Made by a program: the position numbers and the translations under genes. From the NCBI GenBank assembly GCA_038225185.1, contig JBBRFA010000005.1, positions 1 through 58,584 on the forward strand: DNA of 58,584 nucleotides, written 5' to 3'. The notes below the pieces were generated by a model that was given only the letters and a program-made list of their open reading frames with translations, was not told where the DNA came from and searched no databases. The DNA is from Chthoniobacterales bacterium (GTDB taxonomy: Bacteria; Verrucomicrobiota; Verrucomicrobiia; Chthoniobacterales; DASVRZ01). This document shows, in pieces, positions 1-10,241 of this stretch. Position 1 is the first letter of the stretch; each line of letters begins with the position of its first letter.

Positions 1-32
1 CTCGTTTTTTGGAGGCGCTATTGATTATTCTC

Positions 33-1118
33 ATGCGACAGAAACGACTTAAAGCCGCCCCTCACCTGGAGGTTTCTTATTATCACTGCGTCTCGCGCGT
101 GGTGGATCGGCAATTCATCTTTGGCGATGCCCAAAAAGAATACTTTGTTCGACTGATGCGGCTTTATGAAACTTTCTGCGGCCTGCGCCTCATGACCTTC
201 TGCGTGATGTCCAATCACTTCCACCTTCTGCTCGAAATACCCAAGCGACCCGATGGTTTTTTCCTCTCCGATGATGACCTTCTGGAACGTCTCAAACCCG
301 TTAACAGCCCCCTGGAAATCAACACCTTACGTGAAAAACTCGATTCCCTGCGCAAGAACAACGCTCATGCCGAGGCCGATGCGATCAAAGAGAAAATCTA
401 TGCCCGGATGTTCGATCTGAGCAACTACATGAAACTGCTTAAAGGACGCTTTACCCAGTGGTATAATCGCAGCCAGAAACGAGTGGGGACACTCTGGGAA
501 GACCGCTTTAAAAGCGTGCTGGTGGAGGCACGCGGCGAAGCTTTGACCCTGATGTCAGCCTACATCGATCTCAACCCGGTGCGTGCCGGGATGGTGGACG
601 ATCCAAAAGATTACCGCTGGAGCGGCTACGGAGAAGCCGTGGGAGGAAAAAGAGAAGCGCTCACAGGTCTCAAAACGGTGGTGGACACCTGGGAAGCAAT
701 GTTTGGAAACACTCGACTTGCCAAAACAGAAAGTGCGCAGAGCTCAGACGAACTGTCGCGGGAAGAACGGGACTGGGTTTTGTCCCGATATCGATTGCTT
801 GCCTACAATCAGGGTCAGGAGGGGGCATTGTCGGAGGAAGGGAATCCCCTCCGTCGAGGATTTACCGAGGAAGAGATTGCAGCGGTGATCGCTAATAAAG
901 GCAAACTCAGCCGCTGGGAATTGCTGCGTTGCCGGGTGCGCTATTTTAGTGATGGCCTGGTGTTTGGCGGGAAGAGTTTCGTCAACGAGGTGTTTGTGAC
1001 GGAACGAAGTCGATTTGGAGCAACCCGGAAATCGGGCGCCAAGCCCTTGCGCGGCCTTGACATCGGCGAGTTGAAAACAATGCGTGACCTGCGCCGAAAT
1101 CCCATCGGACCGCGTTGA
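33..1118 (+). CDS. REP-associated tyrosine transposase (RAYT, Y1_Tnp/HUH family), long form
   Basis: YYHCVSRVVDR, FCVMSNHFHLL (intact HUH), LWEDRFKSVLVE, AYIDLNPVRAG (catalytic Tyr), DYRWS; ATG at 33 preferred over TTG at 9. Confidence 0.9.
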   Translation: MRQKRLKAAPHLEVSYYHCVSRVVDRQFIFGDAQKEYFVRLMRLYETFCGLRLMTFCVMSNHFHLLLEIPKRPDGFFLSDDDLLERLKPVNSPLEINTLREKLDSLRKNNAHAEADAIKEKIYARMFDLSNYMKLLKGRFTQWYNRSQKRVGTLWEDRFKSVLVEARGEALTLMSAYIDLNPVRAGMVDDPKDYRWSGYGEAVGGKREALTGLKTVVDTWEAMFGNTRLAKTESAQSSDELSREERDWVLSRYRLLAYNQGQEGALSEEGNPLRRGFTEEEIAAVIANKGKLSRWELLRCRVRYFSDGLVFGGKSFVNEVFVTERSRFGATRKSGAKPLRGLDIGELKTMRDLRRNPIGPR

Positions 1119-1281
1119 GCCGTGCGCGTTCGGGGTCAGTCAACATCTTTGGACTAATGGCGCGATGGGTGCCGCCTTTTTTCCCATTGCTAATTCCTCA
1201 CGCAAGCTAAGGAACGGGTCTTTTATTAAGCATAATTTTTGGATTTTGATAGAGCAGTTAACAGTGTAGTTTTTGGATGGG

Positions 1282-4200
1282 TTACTGCACTTGCAAGCGT
1301 ATGCTGGCTGAGTGGCTGTTAAACTCGGGGGCATACATGCATTGCACCTCAGCGATCCCGGTTTGATAGTCACCCCGGAGTTGCACGCGCACCGGATATT
1401 CAAAGACATAAGTGCCCTCGGGAAGATGCTCGATAAAGAAATGACTCGCCGTGTCGCGAGTTGATTCGTAGTAGCTCAATCCATCCTGGAAACGGCGTCC
1501 GGAAATAACGTTCACCGGCTCCGTGCCGCTCCCGCGCTGATCTTTGAGATGGATGTATTCCATGGCGCGATCCACGCGAAGTTCCACCCGGATGATCAAT
1601 TCATCGCCCGGCGCAACCGGGCCGGTGAGAGCCTGCAAAGTGGGTCCCTGCGGGGTGTTGCGGCGGATAAAAACCTGTTTGGTGAGCTTGAGCGGAGTTC
1701 CCTCGCGGGGGGTGATTTTGGCAATGTCTTCCAGGTATTGCCAATGAATGCCGCCCCAAGCCACGCCTTCGTCTTTTTTTACGACAGTGATGTTGCCCAT
1801 GGCCGGCTGAATGGCATCGAGGGCAAACCGTTTTTCGTAAGCACCCGTGCCCGCCTCGTTGCTGGCGGTGGGGGTAATGTTTGTGCCGCCGAGGCTTACT
1901 TCGACGAGATCGCTGCGCTGGAGAATGTCCTTGCCGCGAAGCAGAAGGGCGTAGATGGCGTCGGCGGTGGACTTGGTGGTTTTCCAGTTTTGGGTTTGCT
2001 TTTGTTTCAGCAACCAGACGCGGCATTCCTCCACGGAGGTGAGGTCGCCAGTGACTTCATCGAAGGCTTCGATGAGCAGCGCCTGGGTTTCGATGGGGGC
2101 ACGGTTCCACCACCAGCTTGGGGAGCTGTCTTTCCAGAACATCCCCATTTCTTCGGTGCTCACGCTGCGTTCCTTGAGGGAGGCCATGATGGCGGTGGGG
2201 GTGGTCTGATCGCCAAAGCGTTTGAGGGCGAGGGCAAGGTGCCCCTGGGTGAGGCGACTGCCGGTTTGGAGCCAGTGTTTTTTGGCTTGGGCCAGATAAA
2301 AATCGACGGCTTCGCGACTGCCTGCGGGGATCTCCCGATCTTTCAAGAAAAAGCTGCGCGTGTAGAGATAGAAGGCTTCGATGGAGGTGGGCACGTGATT
2401 TTTCCAAGCCTTGTTGGTGCTCTTCAGGTCCTGATATTCCTCGGCGATCCAGGCGTCGAGCCGGTTTAAAGCGAGGAGGGCGGGTTCGATATTCACAGAA
2501 GCACCGAGGTGACGCAGCCGGGCGAAACCGCTGGTAATGTAGAGAGTGATAAAATCGTCTCCGCGTCCGCCGGGAAACCAGGGCCAGGCGCCGTCGGGAT
2601 ATTGGGCGGTGCGCAGTTTTTGCAAGGCGCGCTCGGTTTCGGAGTTCAGGCGGGCCTCGTCAAAAAGGATGCCGACATTGCGGCGGGCCTGGCTTTCATT
2701 CTTGGCGTCGCGATAATAGGGCGTCTCTTCGAGCAGAAGAGATTTGAGGTCTTGATTTTTTTCGAGAGGCGAATCGAGGGCCGGGGTGTTACGCCATTGT
2801 TCGAAGACTTGTTGAATGAGCGGATCGCTGCCGGCGATGTGACGGGCAAGAGTGTTGGCGTAGAAACGATTGAAAATCTGTTCGTTGCATTCGAAGGGAT
2901 ATTCCATCAAATAAGGCAGCGCCATCACGGCATACCAGGCGGGATTGGAGACCATTTGCACGACCAGATTGCGGTGTTGCAGAGTGTCGGATTTTTTGGA
3001 ATCGAGCAGTTTTTGGAAGGTAAAAGTCTTCGTGCCGGGACCGCGCATGGGCAGGGGGAGAGATTCGGTGACCAGCACGCGACGGGAGAGCACCGGGAGC
3101 CAGCCTTCTTCGCCATCGGAAACGGTATCGGTCGCGGCCACCGCTTTGTAAGTGAGAAAACCGAGGCCATCGGGCACGCTGATGCGCCAACTAAGGGTGC
3201 GGGATTGCTTGGCTGGAATGGCAAAGTCTTGGGAAAGCTCGGTGAGACCCAGGGCAGTCTCGGCGGGTTGACCGGTCTCGGCTTCGTTAAAATGGAGCTG
3301 CGCTTTGCCAGTCTGAGTTTGTTCGGAGCGATTGGTGATTTTTACCGTGAACTCAACCGTATCGCCTTCGCGGAGAAAACGCGGTGGGTTGGGCTGCACC
3401 ATGAGATCTTTGGCGGTGACCATTTTGCCTTCCAACAGACCCGAACGCAGGCCGGTGTCGTGGGCAAAACCGAGAAAACGCCAGGTGGTCAGCGCCTCGG
3501 GCACGGTGAATTCCATGCGGATGACACCGGCGGCATCGGTGGTCAGTTGCGGAAAGAAAAAAACGGTTTCGTTAAGATTTTTGCGGGCGGCAACCTGTGA
3601 GGGATCAATCGTGGGACCGCTGGAGGGAGTGGTGTCCTTGTTAGTGGCAGATTTATCTTTATTTAGCTCATCAGCCTGCATGGGAGCTGCCGCGGGCATG
3701 GGAGCAGACATGTCGTCCAACGAAGCACCTTCCGGCGCTACCAGTCGATTTAGGAGACCATTGCTGGTGCCTCCTCTGGAGCCCATTCTCCACCCACCGG
3801 TAAAAATCCAGGAGTTCTGCGTTAGTTGAATCGGAAATCTTGCACGAACTATGGCCACAGGTTTGGACTTGGTCTGGAAACCGCCTTTCATCTGTCGCAG
3901 CGGGCGCAGGTCGTTCTGAAATTGGCCGGGGTCGCGAACATTTTCGGAGCGAAAGACCGGGAAATCGCTCATCCAATTCCAGGGTTTGAATTGATCGAGG
4001 GAGGCATCGTAAAGGGTGGCGACAAACTCAGCCGCAGCCACTTCCGCGTCTGGCCCCTGGATCACAGCGGTCCAGGTTTCTTTGGCACCGGGCAGCAGTT
4101 TGGAGGTGAAATGTTCCCATTTGAGAGTGAGTTTTTTCTGGGTCCAAGGCACTTGGATCTGCCGGGCTTCGAGCATGGCCCGGTTTTCCTGCACACGGGT

Positions 4201-7200
4201 AATTTGCAGGGTAAAGCCTCCGCGCAATTCCTCGCTAATGGGGTATTCGATGATTTGTTGGGTGGCCTCTGGATCGGTCCAAAAACTTTGCAAGACCCTG
4301 CCTTCCTGCGAGATTTCGACGTAGGCGCCTCCGCGTTCGTAGCCAGTCGCCCAAAGGGCGCGGAGTTTATCGCCGGGAGCTAAGGTCCAATTTTCGGCGG
4401 TGAGCAAATGAGGGATTTTGATCGGCAACCGCTTCGCTGCAGGATCGATCACGCGCAGAGTCAGGCGGCTGCTAACAGGGGTGCCGTTCTCGTCTTTGGT
4501 CTCCAAAATAGCCCGGTAAATGCCCGCGGGCAGCGGGGTGACGATTTTGGTCTGGCCCTCCGTGGTTTGGAAGGGGAGTTCAAGGATTTTTTCGCCGATC
4601 TCCCAAAATTCCGGGTTGGAGAGATCGGGTTTTTCGTCAGACTTCCCGAAACCCGCCCAGCGAAATTGCTGCGATTGCAAAGTGGGACGCTGCACCTGAT
4701 CTGGCTGGATAAGAGGGTGGATTCGCACTTTGCCCGAGGCGGCGCGGGGTTCACCATCCAGAGAGGTTGTGCCAACGGACAGCTCAACCGGTTGGCCTGG
4801 GGTCTGCCATTCTTTGGCCGTGAGATTTGCCTGGAGGGTGGTAAAGCCGACTTTCACGAAGCGTTCTGCCGAACGGGTTTCACCGGCGGAATCTGTGATG
4901 TCGGCCCGCACTGCGAAGGTGAAGATTGGCTCATTTTTTGCATTGGCCAAGGGATCGGGCCGGGCTTGAAAACGGATGTCGTAGGAACCATCCGCAGCGG
5001 TGGTGGTGATGCCGTGGGCGATTTCCTGGGCCGCATTTTGGGGTGGAAAAAAAAAGCGGCACCAGAGCGGCCATTCGACTACGCGAGTGACCCGCCAGGA
5101 GACTTTGGCACCATCGACGGGCGCGTCGGCATACGTGGCGGCCTGACCCCGGACTGCAACTTGCCGGTTGAGCTGGGCAGGCTCGGTGGGCGCATCGATC
5201 GCGGTGTGAAATTTCGGACGTTTATACTCTTCCACACTGATGGAGGTGCTGCTGTAAGGGGTGCCAGGGACACGGATTTTCATCAAGCCCATCAGCCGGT
5301 CGCGCGGGGCGGTGAACGTGCCAGCGAACGAACCGCGGACGTTGGCAACGTGCTCGACTGTTTGAATTTCCTTGCCGTTGGCATCTTCAAAAAGGACGCT
5401 GACTTTGCGTCCGGCAAGGGTTTTGTATTCGTTCGAGCCCTTTGCGGCATGGAGGGCGATGCCTTTGTAGTGAATCGCCTGGCCTGGACGATAAAGAGTG
5501 CGGTCGGTGAAGAAAAAGACGTGCTCGGGATATTCCGTGGGCCGCGACCACCACTGGGGCGAGACTTCCTGGAGCGAGGTGATTGAATGGTTTATCCCGT
5601 CGATTTGGCCGCTCGCTTTGAGGAAACTGGAGCGATGACGTTCGCCTGGAGTGAAGGCGAAAAAACCGTTTCGATCCGTCGCAGTGACGTTTCCTGCCCG
5701 GCGTTTTCCGTTGTCGGTGTAATGCCATTCCTGAATTGTGGCAGCGATCACCGGCTCGCCCGTTACCGCGTGGAGCACGAAACCTTCGATCCGATTTTCG
5801 TTGGGGCGAACGACCAGGGCAAGGTCAGTAACCCAGACGGCGGCGACGCAGATCGGGGTGTCTTTTTCTTTAAAATCAGGGTGCGCACTGGCGATTAGAA
5901 AATAAAAACCGGGTTTGATTTTCCCGGGGGTGGATAACGGAAGGGCGCGTTCCTTGAAGTCGGGCGTGGCGGCAAGATCGATTTTCCAGGCGCGTTCGGG
6001 TGTGGCACGGAGCAGGGTGTCGATTTTCTGATGATCGGCCTGCTCCGGATTCCAGTAACGGCGATTCTGGGCGTTGGCATTCCAATTCTGGCTCACGAGA
6101 CGAAAATGAATTTCGCGCAGATTTTTATATTCCAAAACAAACTCGGGCGTCGCTGAGTTCCAGACCCGTTCTGTTTGTAAAGTCATGGAGGGCGTCTCAA
6201 TGGACTTGGCAAGATTCCAGCAGAGTTTGCCGAAGGGAGATTCGGGAAATGCCTTCGATCCTTCCAAAGCGAGAGTATGTGCCCGCAAAGGATCGTTCGC
6301 CTGATGGGTCGTGGCCAGGGTATGCAGGGCGAGGGCGGAGAGTTCATGGCCGGCGTGCTCCCTGGCGAAGCGTTCGAGAGCGGCGCGCCCCCGTTCTTGA
6401 GCGTTCTCGCCTGCTGCAGTTTGCAACCCCCAAGTGATGCGGGATAGATCGATATCGAGGAACGCATTCCGATCCTTGTCGTCCCGATGAAAACGGAGGA
6501 GATCCTGATAAATTTGCACTGCACGAAAATCGAGGGAAGCGCTATCGGTTGTTTCTGGTTTCCAGGCTAAAAAAGCCTGCGCGTCATCGAGAATCGGAGA
6601 ATCGGCCTGGAGCACAAACCCATCCTCGGGCAGGGAGCCAGCCAGTTCGGCGACATTGAAAAAGGCGAGTGCCTCCTGGGCGATGACATCGTAAAGCGTG
6701 GGTCGATAAGACTCGGGCAAGTTGCTGGCATTAAGAAAAAAACGGTAATCGGAAACCGGGATGCGTTTGAGCGCATCGCTCTCCGCGAGTGCAGCGTCGA
6801 AAGAGGAGCGGATTTCTTTGAGAATGCGGGGCAAATCCCAGGCCTTGAAATCGTCCCCTGGCGATTCCGCCGTGGTGGTGCGCTCCATAAAACGATGGCG
6901 ATTTTGCTGATAATACTGATAAATCCACCAGGCGCGGAGGGTGAGAAGCACCGGGCGGATGGCTTGCGGAGCGGTGGCTAGTTCCGCATCGATCCGGGTG
7001 ATTTTTTCCTCGGGACGATTGCCTTCGATTTCGGCTTGGATGGTAATTTTTCTGCCGATGGCGCGAGCGGCGGTATCGAAATCGCCCGCCGCCAGGGAGG
7101 CGTCGAGAAGGGGTTGAAGTTTTTCCAGAGCGGATTTGGGGAGACCTTTTCCCATGGCTTCCTCCACAGCTTTCCATTCTTTTTCGTGGGGGGCGGCTAC

Positions 7201-7269
7201 GAGGGAAAGGTTAAAAAATGCCATATAAATGGGTAAAACAACAACGAGGAGAGCGGAGGCTTTTTTCAT
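1282..7269 (-). CDS. Bacterial alpha-2-macroglobulin family protein
   Basis: ~2000 aa, signal peptide, FTDRTLYRPGQ, VEEYKRPKF, RKNLNETVFFFPQL, thioester motif YPFECNEQ, C-terminal CMYAPEF; start MKKASALL at 7269. Confidence 0.95.
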   Translation of the reverse strand: MKKASALLVVVLPIYMAFFNLSLVAAPHEKEWKAVEEAMGKGLPKSALEKLQPLLDASLAAGDFDTAARAIGRKITIQAEIEGNRPEEKITRIDAELATAPQAIRPVLLTLRAWWIYQYYQQNRHRFMERTTTAESPGDDFKAWDLPRILKEIRSSFDAALAESDALKRIPVSDYRFFLNASNLPESYRPTLYDVIAQEALAFFNVAELAGSLPEDGFVLQADSPILDDAQAFLAWKPETTDSASLDFRAVQIYQDLLRFHRDDKDRNAFLDIDLSRITWGLQTAAGENAQERGRAALERFAREHAGHELSALALHTLATTHQANDPLRAHTLALEGSKAFPESPFGKLCWNLAKSIETPSMTLQTERVWNSATPEFVLEYKNLREIHFRLVSQNWNANAQNRRYWNPEQADHQKIDTLLRATPERAWKIDLAATPDFKERALPLSTPGKIKPGFYFLIASAHPDFKEKDTPICVAAVWVTDLALVVRPNENRIEGFVLHAVTGEPVIAATIQEWHYTDNGKRRAGNVTATDRNGFFAFTPGERHRSSFLKASGQIDGINHSITSLQEVSPQWWSRPTEYPEHVFFFTDRTLYRPGQAIHYKGIALHAAKGSNEYKTLAGRKVSVLFEDANGKEIQTVEHVANVRGSFAGTFTAPRDRLMGLMKIRVPGTPYSSTSISVEEYKRPKFHTAIDAPTEPAQLNRQVAVRGQAATYADAPVDGAKVSWRVTRVVEWPLWCRFFFPPQNAAQEIAHGITTTAADGSYDIRFQARPDPLANAKNEPIFTFAVRADITDSAGETRSAERFVKVGFTTLQANLTAKEWQTPGQPVELSVGTTSLDGEPRAASGKVRIHPLIQPDQVQRPTLQSQQFRWAGFGKSDEKPDLSNPEFWEIGEKILELPFQTTEGQTKIVTPLPAGIYRAILETKDENGTPVSSRLTLRVIDPAAKRLPIKIPHLLTAENWTLAPGDKLRALWATGYERGGAYVEISQEGRVLQSFWTDPEATQQIIEYPISEELRGGFTLQITRVQENRAMLEARQIQVPWTQKKLTLKWEHFTSKLLPGAKETWTAVIQGPDAEVAAAEFVATLYDASLDQFKPWNWMSDFPVFRSENVRDPGQFQNDLRPLRQMKGGFQTKSKPVAIVRARFPIQLTQNSWIFTGGWRMGSRGGTSNGLLNRLVAPEGASLDDMSAPMPAAAPMQADELNKDKSATNKDTTPSSGPTIDPSQVAARKNLNETVFFFPQLTTDAAGVIRMEFTVPEALTTWRFLGFAHDTGLRSGLLEGKMVTAKDLMVQPNPPRFLREGDTVEFTVKITNRSEQTQTGKAQLHFNEAETGQPAETALGLTELSQDFAIPAKQSRTLSWRISVPDGLGFLTYKAVAATDTVSDGEEGWLPVLSRRVLVTESLPLPMRGPGTKTFTFQKLLDSKKSDTLQHRNLVVQMVSNPAWYAVMALPYLMEYPFECNEQIFNRFYANTLARHIAGSDPLIQQVFEQWRNTPALDSPLEKNQDLKSLLLEETPYYRDAKNESQARRNVGILFDEARLNSETERALQKLRTAQYPDGAWPWFPGGRGDDFITLYITSGFARLRHLGASVNIEPALLALNRLDAWIAEEYQDLKSTNKAWKNHVPTSIEAFYLYTRSFFLKDREIPAGSREAVDFYLAQAKKHWLQTGSRLTQGHLALALKRFGDQTTPTAIMASLKERSVSTEEMGMFWKDSSPSWWWNRAPIETQALLIEAFDEVTGDLTSVEECRVWLLKQKQTQNWKTTKSTADAIYALLLRGKDILQRSDLVEVSLGGTNITPTASNEAGTGAYEKRFALDAIQPAMGNITVVKKDEGVAWGGIHWQYLEDIAKITPREGTPLKLTKQVFIRRNTPQGPTLQALTGPVAPGDELIIRVELRVDRAMEYIHLKDQRGSGTEPVNVISGRRFQDGLSYYESTRDTASHFFIEHLPEGTYVFEYPVRVQLRGDYQTGIAEVQCMYAPEFNSHSASIRLQVQ

Positions 7270-7419
7270 AATGAACCAACTAGGAAGACGCGCGAACGTC
7301 CCGGATCTTAGACAAAAAAATTCCAGACACCCATGGAAATCACCGCAGGCGGGAGACTTCATGGAAAATTCACCCCCACTTCATCATGGCTCCATGTTTG
7401 CATTTTAGGTTGGCAGGCA

Positions 7420-8115
7420 ATGTTATCTGCCAACCATTTGTTAAAAGCGTTGCTGACCGGGGATGAGAGAATCCTGGCCGAGTGGATCGCGCAGGCGACC
7501 CTGCGACGAATTATCTGGTTAGGAGGAGTGACCTTCCTCACCTGCGCCTTTTATGGCTCCACTTTTGGCCTTTGGCGGAGTGAACTCCAGAGTGTTTACA
7601 CCGCCCTCAAGTTTCCGGTGGTGGTTCTCCTCACCTGCGCTGCCAATGCGTTGCTGAATGGAAGCCTGGCCCATGCGCTCGGCCTGGGCCTGGGATTTCG
7701 ACAGTCCACCCTCATTATTCTGATGAGTTTCACGAGCATGGGTCTCCTGCTTGCCGCGTTTGCGCCCGTGTTGCAATTCGTCTGGTGGAATCTTCCCGCG
7801 CCGGACGATCCGCTGGCGTTGACCGGTAAAAATTTTACCCTCCTTACCCATGTCGTCGCCATTGCCCTGGCCGGCATCGTGGCCAATCGACGACTCTGGC
7901 TGCTCATTTTCCACCTCACTGGCAGCCGGCCCAAGGCCACCCTCATTCTTTGGATCTGGCTGGGGAGCAACCTGCTTCTGGGCAGCCAGATTTCCTGGAT
8001 TTTACGTCCGTGGATCGGTTCCACGGTGTCGCCGCTCACTTTCTTTTCCACCGAACCGCTGCGCGGTAATTTCTTCGAGGCCGTCTGGGAAAGTCTTCTT
8101 CAATTACTCCGCTAA
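7420..8115 (+). CDS. Polytopic membrane protein of unknown function (paralog of the next gene)
   Basis: About five hydrophobic segments; C-terminal GSQISWILRPWIG resembles SLQMMTALRPIIG in the neighbour. Confidence 0.75.
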   Translation: MLSANHLLKALLTGDERILAEWIAQATLRRIIWLGGVTFLTCAFYGSTFGLWRSELQSVYTALKFPVVVLLTCAANALLNGSLAHALGLGLGFRQSTLIILMSFTSMGLLLAAFAPVLQFVWWNLPAPDDPLALTGKNFTLLTHVVAIALAGIVANRRLWLLIFHLTGSRPKATLILWIWLGSNLLLGSQISWILRPWIGSTVSPLTFFSTEPLRGNFFEAVWESLLQLLR

Positions 8116-8133
8116 AACAACCCAAAACCAACC

Positions 8134-8871
8134 ATGCAAAACGAATCCGAACCCGAAATCGACCTCTTATCTGAAACTGAGGAAAACTTTAATGATCCCA
8201 TCGATCTGCGGTATCAGCTCCAACCTATGCAGGAAGTGGCCCACCCCTTCGCCATTCTCGCGTGTTTACTGAAAAATCCCGGACGCATTCTCTACGAACT
8301 GCAAGGCAAACGCTCTGGGACGATTTTCGCCGGATTGTTCCTGCTCATGGCTATTTCCCTCGCCATCCATGGAGTCGTCGTGGGAAGTCTCACAGGGGGT
8401 GAACAATTTCTGATCGCTCCGCTCAAAATCGTCACCGGTTCGTTGATTGCGGCGGCCATTTGTCTGCCCAGTCTTTATATTTTACAATGCCTCGGAGGAG
8501 CCGACGTGAGTTTGCGAGGGGTGGGAGGAGAACTGCTCGCTCAAGCTGCACTTACCGCAGTGTTATTAATCGGTTTCGCGCCGGTGGCCTGGATTTTTTC
8601 ACAGTCCACCGACGCAGTGGGATTGATGGCGTTTTTGCATCTCCTTTTTTGGGGGGTGGCACTCCATTTTGGTCTTCGGTTAATGGGGCGCAGTCAGGAA
8701 TCCACCGCCAGCGCCGGGAGGGGGCCATTGCGTGTCTGGATGATCGTGTATCTACTCGTCTCGCTGCAAATGATGACGGCGTTACGGCCCATTATTGGAG
8801 CTGCGCCGGAGACGCTTCCGCGTGAGAAAATGTTTTTTCTAGCCCATGCGTGGGAGGTTTTTTTCCGCTGA
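8134..8871 (+). CDS. Polytopic membrane protein of unknown function
   Basis: Hydrophobic segments, ICLPSLY and QMMTALRPIIG motifs, CA-rich leader before ATG. Confidence 0.8.
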   Translation: MQNESEPEIDLLSETEENFNDPIDLRYQLQPMQEVAHPFAILACLLKNPGRILYELQGKRSGTIFAGLFLLMAISLAIHGVVVGSLTGGEQFLIAPLKIVTGSLIAAAICLPSLYILQCLGGADVSLRGVGGELLAQAALTAVLLIGFAPVAWIFSQSTDAVGLMAFLHLLFWGVALHFGLRLMGRSQESTASAGRGPLRVWMIVYLLVSLQMMTALRPIIGAAPETLPREKMFFLAHAWEVFFR

Positions 8872-8883
8872 TTCGCCCAGACC

Positions 8884-8929
8884 CATTGGCGAAATTCTTC
8901 GTCAGATTGCAGATGGAGGGCGGAGCCAT
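8884..8929. repeat. Dispersed intergenic repeat, copy 1 (copy 2 at 21484-21529)
   Basis: 41/46 identity between copies, with identical core tcttcgtcagattgcagatgga. Confidence 0.85.
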
Positions 8930-8989
8930 TTCAGCCACGGGAGCCGCCGCAGGTAAGTCTTCCGACTCCTGCTAAGCTTTGCAATTTCG

Positions 8990-10204
8990 TCAGGCTAATT
9001 CGCTGCGAATCTGGACGGTGCGGAAGATGTCGTGACGGGTGACCAAACCAATGATGCGTCCATTTTCCAGCACGGCCAGGCGTCCACTGCCGCCGGACGC
9101 CATTTGTTGGGCGACTTCGGTGGCGCTGGCATCGGGGGCGATGGCGCTATCCAAGGCGTCGCCTGGATCGAGGATGTCGCGGGCCGTGGTGTAAGGCCAG
9201 CGTTCCTTGGGCACGGTGGTCACTTGTTTGAGGCGCAGAATGCCGAGAAAAGTGCCGTCGCTGTCGCAGACCGGATACGCGCTGTGGTGCGAGGTAAAAA
9301 AGTAATCGTCCACGACGAGATTGAGCGGCAGATGGCTGGGGACGATGACTGGCTCGGAGGTCATGACTTCGCGGATGGCGGTTTTGCCGAGCGTTTCTTT
9401 TTGCACAGCGGCTTCGTAGCCTTGGGCGGCTGCATTTTTTAGAAAAGTGCCGATGAGGAAGAAGACAAAGGCTTGGATGGGTGATTTAAAAAGCAGAAAA
9501 ACGCCGGCAATCATCAATCCCCAGGCGAAGACGATGCCGACGCGCGAGCTAATGTAAGTGGCGTGCTGGAGACGTCCGGTTTTCATCCAGATGAGGGCGC
9601 GAAAGACGCGGCCACCGTCGAGCGGATAGCCTGGGATGGCGTTAAAGCAGAGGAGAAAGAGGTTGGCGATGGCCAGCCAGTGAAACATTTGTGCGACAGC
9701 GCCTGCCTGGAGAAGTTCCCCGGCCAGGCTGGCACCGTAATAAACGAGGATGAGAACGACGGTGACAGCGGGGCCGCCAAGGGCGATTTTTAATTCGGAG
9801 CGGGCATCGTCAGGTTCGCGGGAGATTTCGGCGACGCCACCGATAAAGCTGAGGGTAATGCGCGGGACTGGTATGCCGCATTGCTGGCTGACCACGCTGT
9901 GGCCCAACTCGTGGAGGAGCAGGCTGAGATAAAAAACCAGGGCGGAGATGGCGCTGAGACCGAAATAGAAAAGCGTGGTTTCCCCGGGCAGATAATACGG
10001 AAAATAAGCCGAGGCAAGTGACCAGATGACAAGGCCCAGGAGCAGAAACCAACTGGCATCGAGATAAAAAGCGATGCCGCGAATGTTGCCTACGAAAATG
10101 CCGCGTTCACGCTCGACCCGGGCTGGAGCGGAGGCAATGGTGCGAGGCACCGGTGGTGGAACGGAATGCGGTAGCGGCGGCGGCACGGAAATAGAGGAAC
10201 TCAT
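8990..10204 (-). CDS. Site-2 protease (peptidase M50) with tandem CBS domains
   Basis: HELGH zinc motif, FNAIPGYPLDGGR, C-terminal CBS pair (VMTSEPV, IIGLVTRHDI). Confidence 0.95.
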   Translation of the reverse strand: MSSSISVPPPLPHSVPPPVPRTIASAPARVERERGIFVGNIRGIAFYLDASWFLLLGLVIWSLASAYFPYYLPGETTLFYFGLSAISALVFYLSLLLHELGHSVVSQQCGIPVPRITLSFIGGVAEISREPDDARSELKIALGGPAVTVVLILVYYGASLAGELLQAGAVAQMFHWLAIANLFLLCFNAIPGYPLDGGRVFRALIWMKTGRLQHATYISSRVGIVFAWGLMIAGVFLLFKSPIQAFVFFLIGTFLKNAAAQGYEAAVQKETLGKTAIREVMTSEPVIVPSHLPLNLVVDDYFFTSHHSAYPVCDSDGTFLGILRLKQVTTVPKERWPYTTARDILDPGDALDSAIAPDASATEVAQQMASGGSGRLAVLENGRIIGLVTRHDIFRTVQIRSELA

Positions 10205-10241
10205 AGGTCTCTAGTTGGGACTTGGCGGGAAAGAGAAACGT

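Noticed and set aside
1549-5586. Long + strand ORFs (306, 363, 392 aa) opposite the macroglobulin
   Set aside because: Antisense shadow frames of a GC-rich gene, with no recognisable motifs; the same applies to shadow ORFs over alaS, the TonB receptor and the RND gene
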